This document shows, in pieces, positions 6,581 to 12,562 of a DNA stretch of 12,562 nt (positions within the stretch are counted from its first letter, which is position 1; each line of letters starts with the position of its first letter). This stretch comes from a virus (Duplodnaviria; Heunggongvirae; Uroviricota; Caudoviricetes), in IMG/VR virus record IMGVR_UViG_2703718813_000005; one strand, written 5' to 3'. A model generated the notes under the pieces. The model searched no databases and was not told the DNA's origin. It saw only the letters and a program-made list of their open reading frames with translations. Position numbers and translations under genes: made by a program.

Positions 6581-7609
6581 TCACATGACCTCGATAATCT
6601 TATTCACAAACTCCATGTTAATACTATCATAAGAATCCTTTAAGCGCGAAGAAAAACCATTTATTACACTCTTTTTGATAAATGTTTTTTCCAGCCCATC
6701 CAGCCTTACATTTGAAGTTTGAAGGTCAACTTGTCTTGTGAATCCTGTCTCTGGCTCTTTGAATTTTATTTTTATTAAGTCATAACCTCCATTTTTATCT
6801 TCTTTAAAGAAGTTTGAGACAGATTTTATCCATCCAAGGACATTGTTGGGGCCATGGTTTGGTACTAAGCGTAAAGTACTTTCTTTAGGAATAATAGCCG
6901 CGTTAACATCTGGCGCATTAATAGTTCTGTATTCATTCTTTACCAAAACGACATCAGAAAGTCCTTCTTTATTTATTTTATTGAACAAATCTTCATCTAA
7001 CTTTCCAGATATATCAAAGACTGGCTTGTATAATACTTTTATTTTTTTCTTTGTTAAACTTGACACTTCATTTGTTAAAGTGTGACATGAAAAGATATCT
7101 TCATTATCTTTGGCTACGTTAAAGAGAACTTTATTCAGGAAACCATTTATTTTTGCTGTGGAAACTCCTGGTATTGGCATAAAACTCATGTCATACGTTC
7201 GCATATTTCCGTCTAGAGAAATAATCATATGAGAAGAAACTTCGTAACCTTCACCTTCCTCATGTTTTGGTGATATTTCGGTGCGAACATCTGTATTAAT
7301 GTTTTTTAATACAGTAGTGCTTCCATTTTTATCTACAGCATTAATTAAAAGACCAAGATGGCTGGGTTTTTTATCGGCTCTGTTTGATAAGAATATTACA
7401 TCTTGTAAAGTTAAAACTAAGTCTCCTTTTTCATAACTGTGCATCATTGCTTTACAACGTACTATTTTAGAAGCAAGTTCACGCATTGTTGGTACCGGGC
7501 AAACACAGTTCGATCTGATGCTATCATCAATTTTCTGTGTACGGTATTGTGTATCGATCGTAATAGTATGATGAGTTATTACTCTACTGAATGCGTCCAG
7601 TGTAGCCAT
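6581..7609 (-). CDS. Hypothetical soluble protein (342 aa), first gene of the AT-rich cassette
   Basis: Long uninterrupted ORF in an AT-rich segment, with Lys/Asn/Ile-rich composition typical of foreign low-GC DNA. No signal peptide or transmembrane segment visible. Weak ribosome-binding site. No family recognised. Confidence 0.6.
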   Translation of the reverse strand: MATLDAFSRVITHHTITIDTQYRTQKIDDSIRSNCVCPVPTMRELASKIVRCKAMMHSYEKGDLVLTLQDVIFLSNRADKKPSHLGLLINAVDKNGSTTVLKNINTDVRTEISPKHEEGEGYEVSSHMIISLDGNMRTYDMSFMPIPGVSTAKINGFLNKVLFNVAKDNEDIFSCHTLTNEVSSLTKKKIKVLYKPVFDISGKLDEDLFNKINKEGLSDVVLVKNEYRTINAPDVNAAIIPKESTLRLVPNHGPNNVLGWIKSVSNFFKEDKNGGYDLIKIKFKEPETGFTRQVDLQTSNVRLDGLEKTFIKKSVINGFSSRLKDSYDSINMEFVNKIIEVM

Positions 7610-7722
7610 TTCAAAATATCCGCTTCTTTGCTGTTTTTATATGGAGAAAGTTTACATAACCACTAACGCGTACGCAAAAACTATTGTATCGTGTTAAGAG
7701 TGGTTACTTCGCCACACAGCTT

Positions 7723-7747
7723 AAACCCGCCGCGAGCGGGTTTTTTT
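7723..7747 (+). terminator. Rho-independent terminator (tR'-like position)
   Basis: AAACCCGC (7723-7730), loop CGCGA, GCGGGTTT (7736-7743), then T-run to 7747. Confidence 0.7.
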
Positions 7748-7869
7748 ATGGCTGAAATCGGTCCAGTACAGTAAACGCGCTGGCGGCGGTGAATACCGGT
7801 CTTTCAGCTTGCTGGCTTTTTTGACAAGAGTTATTGGTGTGTCACGTTAACCGGAAAAGGGAAAAAGAC

Positions 7870-8067
7870 ATGCTGAAACAGCAGGATATGACCGAAACCG
7901 CCAGAGTGGTGTTTAATGAATTAAGTGCCACCGCACCGGCGACAGTCGGGGAGATTGCACAGAATACGTACCTTTCACGCGAACGCTGCCAGCTAATACT
8001 GACCCAGCTTGTTATGGCGGGTCTGGCAGACTATCAGTTCGGTTGTTACAGACGCCTTCAGTCCTGA
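7870..8067 (+). CDS. Small winged-helix protein (PapI/FaeA-like?), 65 aa
   Basis: TVGEIAQNTYLSRERCQLILTQLVMAGLA resembles small wHTH regulators. TTGACA at 7821-7826 is a possible -35. The stop lies inside a strong terminator. Confidence 0.45.
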   Translation: MLKQQDMTETARVVFNELSATAPATVGEIAQNTYLSRERCQLILTQLVMAGLADYQFGCYRRLQS

Positions 8068-8077
8068 AGGCTTTTTT
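8054..8077 (+). terminator. Rho-independent terminator
   Basis: GCCTTCA (8054-8060), loop GTCC, TGAAGGC (8065-8071), then TTTTTT (8072-8077). Confidence 0.7.
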
Positions 8078-8094
8078 ATTTGTGGTAAATGGGC

Positions 8095-8125
8095 GGCTGG
8101 TGGGTGTTAGGGGCACTCACCAGCC
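8095..8125 (+). other. Strong 12-bp stem-loop in the leader of the second methyltransferase gene
   Basis: GGCTGGTGGGTG (8095-8106), loop TTAGGGG, CACTCACCAGCC (8114-8125). 11 Watson-Crick pairs plus one G-U. No T-run follows, so it is not an intrinsic terminator. Confidence 0.45.
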
Positions 8126-8218
8126 ATCTGCTCATGCGTCCGGATCACAAGCAAACCTCAGGCCCATCTGCTTTGCGCAAAAGCGGTATGAGCCTATCAG
8201 AGACAGGCTTAATGATCC

Positions 8219-9286
8219 ATGTTTAATACTGTAAAAATATCCAGTCGTGAATTAATCAACGCCGACTGCCTGGAATTTATCCGGTCGTTACCCGAAAATT
8301 CTGTTGACCTGATAGTCACGGACCCGCCGTACTTTAAAGTGAAGCCTGAGGGCTGGGATAACCAGTGGAAGGGCGACGATGATTACCTGAAGTGGCTGGA
8401 CCAGTGTCTTGCGCAGTTCTGGCGGGTGCTGAAACCTGCCGGAAGTCTTTACCTGTTCTGTGGCCATCGCCTGGCATCTGACATTGAAATCATGATGCGT
8501 GAACGCTTCAGTGTGCTGAACCATATTATCTGGGCGAAGCCGTCCGGACGCTGGAACGGGTGCAACAAGGAAAGCCTGCGGGCGTATTTCCCCGCCACAG
8601 AGCGCATTCTGTTCGCGGAACATTATCAGGGGCCGTATCGTCCGAAAGATGCCGGGTATGAGGCGAAGGGCAGGGCACTGAAACAGCATGTGATGGCACC
8701 GCTGATTGCTTACTTTCGTGATGCGCGCGCTGCCCTGGGGATAACGGCAAAACAGATTGTGGATGCCACAGGAAAGAAAAACATGGTGTCGCACTGGTTC
8801 AGTGCCAGTCAGTGGCAACTGCCGGACGAAAGTGATTATCTGAAATTACAGGCGCTGTTTGCCCGGGTGGCAGAAGAGAAGCATCAGCGGGGTGAACTGG
8901 AGAAGCCCCACCACCAGCTGCTGGAGACGTATACTTCACTGAACCGGCAGTATGCGGAACTGCAGAGTGAATATAAGCATCTGCGGCGGTATTTTGGCGT
9001 GACGGCGCAGGTGCCGTACACGGATGTGTGGACGCATAAACCGGTGCAGTACTATCCCGGGAAACATCCGTGCGAAAAACCGGCAGAAATGCTGCAGCAG
9101 ATAATCAGCGCGAGCAGTCGTCCGGGTGACCTGGTTGCAGATTTTTTCATGGGGTCGGGTTCGACAGTCAAAGCCGCGATGGCGCTGGGGCGTCGTGCAA
9201 CTGGCGTTGAGCTGGATACCGGGCGTTTTGAACAGACTGCGCAGGAAATCAGGGATGTATTTAGCGGGAGCGGTTTGCAGAAGTAA
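8219..9286 (+). CDS. DNA adenine methyltransferase (DPPY ... FxGxG order), orphan
   Basis: N-terminal SVDLIVTDPPYF (motif IV) and C-terminal DLVADFFMGSGSTVKAA (motif I), with HPCEKP. Resembles the YhdJ/phage adenine methylase layout with an insertion in the middle. Confidence 0.85.
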   Translation: MFNTVKISSRELINADCLEFIRSLPENSVDLIVTDPPYFKVKPEGWDNQWKGDDDYLKWLDQCLAQFWRVLKPAGSLYLFCGHRLASDIEIMMRERFSVLNHIIWAKPSGRWNGCNKESLRAYFPATERILFAEHYQGPYRPKDAGYEAKGRALKQHVMAPLIAYFRDARAALGITAKQIVDATGKKNMVSHWFSASQWQLPDESDYLKLQALFARVAEEKHQRGELEKPHHQLLETYTSLNRQYAELQSEYKHLRRYFGVTAQVPYTDVWTHKPVQYYPGKHPCEKPAEMLQQIISASSRPGDLVADFFMGSGSTVKAAMALGRRATGVELDTGRFEQTAQEIRDVFSGSGLQK

Positions 9287-9349
9287 TCTCCCAAAATGCC
9301 ATTTTTGGAATATACTGGTATTAAGTCTTTTTGCTCAGGTTAATTCAAA

Positions 9350-10075
9350 ATGGATGTTGCCTGCTCTGTGGTCCTGATTCGCTATCCGATAGATATTTTT
9401 CTTGAAAAAGAAAAAGTTTCACTCGATGCCGGAAGTGTTATGCTTGTTGCCAGAAATATAAGAGGGCTTTTCTGTGCTTATGCCGACAGAGTGAAAATGG
9501 CAGATATAAGTAACAGCGTCGTCAATCAGTATCTGGAAAGGGAGTGTGAACTGACGGAGTATACACCGACAAAAATGCCTCTTTATTTGATGTCTGATAT
9601 TTACAATACGGAACTGGCGGAGGCTTTAATAACCCAGCATAGTGAATCCAGTGATACTTTGAAGGATTTCTCTGTTATAACCGCATTTTCATGTATCTCC
9701 TTATTTGCAACAGACAGGCGTCTGCCATTATTTTTGTCCGGTGCTGTAAATAATATCAGCTGTAAAGTAAGGGCTATAATTCAGACCGACATATCGGCAG
9801 GCTGGATGCTAGGTGTGATTGCATTACAATTGCATATGAGCGAAAGCTTGTTGAAGCGAAAACTTAAGGATGAAGGTTATAGCTTTAGTCGGTTGTTGCT
9901 GGAGGAGCGAATGCGTGTTGCTGTTAATCTTGTATGTTTCCAGCGAGAGTGTGGACAAGCGATAGCGGAAAAATGTGGTTACTCAAGTAAGTCCTATTTC
10001 ATTTCTGTATTTCACCAGTATTATGGTGCACCACCTGAGAGCTATGCATATTTGCAGAAAGCAGACGTTATCTGA
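9350..10075 (+). CDS. AraC-family transcriptional regulator (AppY-like)
   Basis: C-terminal AraC-type double HTH (GWMLGVIALQLHMSESLLKRKLKDEGYSFSRLLLEERM ... IAEKCGYSSKSYFISVFHQYYGAPP). N-terminus MDVACSVV resembles prophage AppY. AT-rich gene. Confidence 0.75.
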   Translation: MDVACSVVLIRYPIDIFLEKEKVSLDAGSVMLVARNIRGLFCAYADRVKMADISNSVVNQYLERECELTEYTPTKMPLYLMSDIYNTELAEALITQHSESSDTLKDFSVITAFSCISLFATDRRLPLFLSGAVNNISCKVRAIIQTDISAGWMLGVIALQLHMSESLLKRKLKDEGYSFSRLLLEERMRVAVNLVCFQRECGQAIAEKCGYSSKSYFISVFHQYYGAPPESYAYLQKADVI

Positions 10076-10164
10076 TGTTTTTTCATCAGGCATATATTGA
10101 TTGACTGTATTAGATATAGTCTGAATGTGTTCAGCATAAAGAGTTATAATCATTTGGTGTTTGC

Positions 10165-10443
10165 GTGAATATTGATGAGAAAATCAGATGTAGCCAACTG
10201 TTACAGCGTATTGAAGCCGTCAATGTGGAACGAACAAAGGTCTTCAGTCGTCTGACAGTTTTATTTTGTACCCCTGATCGACGTTCAGGTCAGGAGATGG
10301 TTCTTCTGGATGTAGATGCACTTCGGAACGTCTGTGAGGAGTTCACCGCGGCTAATTCGGAGTTACTGAGTCTTGTTCAGGAGTACAACAGAATTGCAGG
10401 TAGTAACGGTTTTGATGAAATCAAAATTATATCCCGTGGATAA
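10165..10443 (+). CDS. Hypothetical small protein (92 aa)
   Basis: ORF with a GTG start downstream of a TATAAT-like hexamer (10145-10150). AT-rich. No family recognised, and coding status is uncertain. Confidence 0.3.
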   Translation: MNIDEKIRCSQLLQRIEAVNVERTKVFSRLTVLFCTPDRRSGQEMVLLDVDALRNVCEEFTAANSELLSLVQEYNRIAGSNGFDEIKIISRG

Positions 10444-10687
10444 AACATATCCTGTATATTTATGTTGTTACATACAGGCGCTTTTAGTATCTGCCGCACG
10501 GCAGTTGTACTTCAGAATAAGATGCTTTTGTGACTGGTGGTGTTGTATCTGGGGTTAGCCAGGAGGCAGGTTCAGAGAGTCCGGTGGTAATTATGTGTAT
10601 GCAGTGGTTGTTGCTGTACCGTGGGCAAGTTCTGGAACTGGCTTCGTCCATTGTAGATGATTGTTAGCTGGATATCAGTTACCTCAT

Positions 10688-10926
10688 GGAAATGTTAAAT
10701 GACTCACAATTCGGTTGATGGACTATTGTCTGATCGATGGAAGTCTTGTAAAAACGAGCCAGCATAGTGAATCCCCCTGTGCGGAGGGGCGTCTGACATG
10801 GTCTCCATAGCGATGGTCATAATACGCAGATTCAGTAGTCAGGCTGAATCTACCGGGAGGCACCCGGCACTATGCTGCTTATGGTGTATACATAGCGATC
10901 GGCCCCTCTCCGGAGGGGCTTTTTTA
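10688..10926 (+). repeat. Tandem structured element, copy A (sRNA candidate)
   Basis: Shares with copy B the blocks AAATGTTAAAT, CTCACAATTC, GTGAATCCCCCTGTGCGGAGGGG (10767-10789) and ACCGGGAGGCACCCGGCAC (10852-10870). Ends in an intrinsic terminator. Confidence 0.55.
10902..10926 (+). terminator. Rho-independent terminator of copy A
   Basis: GCCCCTC / GAGGGGC stem around a CTCCGGAG palindrome, followed by TTTTTT. Confidence 0.7.
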
Positions 10927-10947
10927 TGCAGGGAAAAGGCTGTGTTG

Positions 10948-11177
10948 TGAAATGTTAAATTCCTCACAATTCATGAGGTTGATGATTGTCTGATTGATGA
11001 GGAGTTTGTTAAAAAAAACGGGCATGGTGAATCCCCCTGTGCGGAGGGGTGATATCGTATCATTTCCTGTGTGGCCGACTGATATCACGGACATTTGTTC
11101 ACCGGGAGGCACCCGGCACCATGCAGTATACAGAGATTAGGCATACATCCAGGCTCCTCATCGCAGGAGCCTTTTTA
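10948..11177 (+). repeat. Tandem structured element, copy B (sRNA candidate)
   Basis: Same conserved blocks (11027-11049, 11101-11119), about 260 bp after their copy-A counterparts, with diverged sequence between them. Ends in its own terminator. Confidence 0.55.
11152..11176 (+). terminator. Rho-independent terminator of copy B
   Basis: GGCTCCT (11152-11158), loop CATCGC, AGGAGCC (11165-11171), then TTTTT. Confidence 0.7.
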
Positions 11178-11180
11178 CAT

Positions 11181-11210
11181 GTAAAAAAACCGCTCCTGGG
11201 AAGAGCGGTT
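11181..11210 (-). terminator. Rho-independent terminator, minus-strand orientation
   Basis: AACCGCTC (11188-11195) / GAGCGGTT (11203-11210) stem is preceded on the + strand by an A-run (11183-11189), so the T-run follows the hairpin on the minus strand. Forms a face-to-face pair with the 11152-11176 terminator. Confidence 0.5.
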
Positions 11211-11407
11211 GGCAAGGAAGCAAGGAATAAATAACAAAACGTGAAGTAATTTATTCAGCACCCTAATAATACCTTAGAGTAATCACCTTGCGCAACTGTA
11301 AGGGCGTATTTCTTTTTTGCGGGCTGTTTTTCTGTGTGACTTTTGTGTTTCCGGAGGTCAGCCCGTGCCTTCTCTGACTCAGAACATTATCCCGGCCGGG
11401 AGGATTC

Positions 11408-12562
11408 ATGGCATTTAAACACTACGATGTGGTCAGGGCGGCATCGCCGTCAGACCTTGCTGAACGACTGACACAAAAACTGAAGGAGGGCTGGCAGCCA
11501 TTTGGCAGTCCGGTGGCCATCACGCCTTATACCCTGATGCAGGCCATTGCGGCGGAAGGTGATGTCACCACACCAGTGGCGGTGACCGGTAATGAGGGTA
11601 AGGCGGTGGCTGTCAGTGCCACCAGCGACCCGGAGTATTACTTTGTTGTGGTTCTGGCAGGGCAGTCAAATGGCATGTCGTATGGTGAAGGTCTTCCGCT
11701 GCCGGAGACATATGACCGTCCGGACCCGCGTATTAAGCAGCTGGCGCGCCGCAGTACGGTGACACCGGGCGGTGTCGCCTGTAAATATAACGACATCATT
11801 CCGGCGGACCATTGTCTGCATGATGTGCAGGACATGAGCCGTCTTAACCATCCGAAAGCGGACCTGTCAAAGGGGCAGTACGGTACCGTGGGGCAGGGGC
11901 TGCATATCGCCAAAAAACTGCTGCCGTTTATACCGGCGAATGCGGGCATTCTGCTGGTTCCGTGCTGTCGTGGTGGCTCTGCGTTCACCACCGGAGCTGA
12001 TGGCACATACAGTGACGCGAGTGGTGCCTCGGAGAATTCAACCCGCTGGGGTGTGGACAAGCCGCTGTATAAGGACCTTATCGGTCGAACAAAAGCAGCA
12101 CTGAAGAAGAACCCGAAAAATGTGCTGTTTGCCGTGGTGTGGATGCAGGGGGAATTTGATTTTGGCGGTACGCCGGTAAATCATGCCGCACAGTTTGGTG
12201 CGCTGGTTGATAAATTCCGTGCAGACCTGGCGGATATGGCAGGTCAGTGCGTTGGTGGCTCTGCTGGCGGTGTTCCCTGGATATGCGGGGACACGACGTA
12301 TTTCTGGAAGCAGAAGAACGAATCCACGTACCAGACGGTGTACGGCAGCTATAAAAACAAAACGGAAAAGAATATCCATTTCGTACCGTTCATGACGGAT
12401 GAGAACGGGGTGAATGTGCCGACGAACAAACCGGAAGAAGACCCGGACATTCCGGGTATCGGGTATTACGGTTCGAAATGGCGTGACAGCTCAGCCACCT
12501 GGACGTCACAGGACAGGGCGAGCCATTTCAGCACCTGGGCTCGCCGTGGGATTATTTCCGAC
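11408..12562 (+). CDS. nanS-p: Prophage sialate O-acetylesterase NanS-p-like protein, 3'-truncated by the window end
   Basis: 385-codon open frame from ATG 11408 to the window edge, with GGGAGG upstream. It is absent from the ORF track, presumably because it has no stop. N-terminus MAFKHYDVVRAASPSDLAERL (DUF1737-like) and FVVVLAGQSNGMSYGEG (SGNH GQSN motif) match the Stx-phage nanS-p family. Confidence 0.75.
   Translation, partial: MAFKHYDVVRAASPSDLAERLTQKLKEGWQPFGSPVAITPYTLMQAIAAEGDVTTPVAVTGNEGKAVAVSATSDPEYYFVVVLAGQSNGMSYGEGLPLPETYDRPDPRIKQLARRSTVTPGGVACKYNDIIPADHCLHDVQDMSRLNHPKADLSKGQYGTVGQGLHIAKKLLPFIPANAGILLVPCCRGGSAFTTGADGTYSDASGASENSTRWGVDKPLYKDLIGRTKAALKKNPKNVLFAVVWMQGEFDFGGTPVNHAAQFGALVDKFRADLADMAGQCVGGSAGGVPWICGDTTYFWKQKNESTYQTVYGSYKNKTEKNIHFVPFMTDENGVNVPTNKPEEDPDIPGIGYYGSKWRDSSATWTSQDRASHFSTWARRGIISD

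Noticed and set aside
6581-7609. TIR-like DVIFLS motif and an R-x4-H (HEPN-like) motif in the 342-aa protein
   Set aside because: Both are short, single motifs without surrounding domain context. Not enough to assign a TIR or HEPN fold without profile or structure search.
8043-8234. 63-aa + ORF between the small wHTH gene and the methyltransferase
   Set aside because: Spans a terminator and a 12-bp hairpin. More likely non-coding leader than a gene.
8288-8818. 176-aa minus-strand ORF
   Set aside because: Antisense to the DPPY methyltransferase gene. No ribosome-binding site or recognisable motifs.
10121-10134. Palindrome CTGAATGTGTTCAG upstream of the 92-aa ORF as a stand-alone operator
   Set aside because: Only 5-bp arms. 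Could easily be chance in AT-rich DNA, so it is mentioned only as context.
10451-10478. 7-bp hairpin CCTGTAT / ATACAGG after the small ORF; also resembles CTGT...ACAG
   Set aside because: CTGT-to-ACAG spacing is 18 nt, not 8, so it is not a LexA box. Only a short, interrupted T-run follows, so terminator function is doubtful.
6005-11408. stx toxin genes or tRNA genes between Q and nanS-p
   Set aside because: Looked for tRNA-like T-arm sequences and AB5 toxin-like ORFs in this interval and recognised none. A tRNAscan-SE run would settle the tRNA question.
11638-12379. Two minus-strand ORFs (140 and 113 aa)
   Set aside because: Antisense within the nanS-p-like coding region, whose + frame carries the SGNH motif and runs open to the window end.

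Overview
This window reads as a contiguous piece of a lambdoid (Stx-phage-like) prophage from an enterobacterial host, running on the + strand from the early/nin-type region through antiterminator Q into late-region cargo. Recognisable genes, in order: a Rha-family regulator, an HTH replication-initiator-like protein with an internal repeat tract, a PerC-like regulator, a phage Dam-type adenine methyltransferase, a LexA DNA-binding-domain homolog with no peptidase domain, RusA resolvase, a KilA-N protein behind a canonical SOS box, a DUF968 protein, Q, a second adenine methyltransferase, an AppY-like AraC regulator, and the 5' part of a nanS-p-type esterase. No stx genes, tRNA genes, integrase, IS element or CRISPR array were recognised. 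The main candidate for an undescribed system is an AT-rich two-gene minus-strand cassette (5998-7609) inserted directly after Q: a 342-aa soluble protein translationally coupled to a 191-aa four-helix membrane protein, with Rex-like architecture. Two further points stand out: a possible LexA-mimic / SOS-box / KilA-N module, and two tandem ~250-bp structured elements with their own terminators upstream of nanS-p. All functional calls rest on motifs and remembered family signatures read from the translations; no database search was run, and G+C contrasts are by eye.
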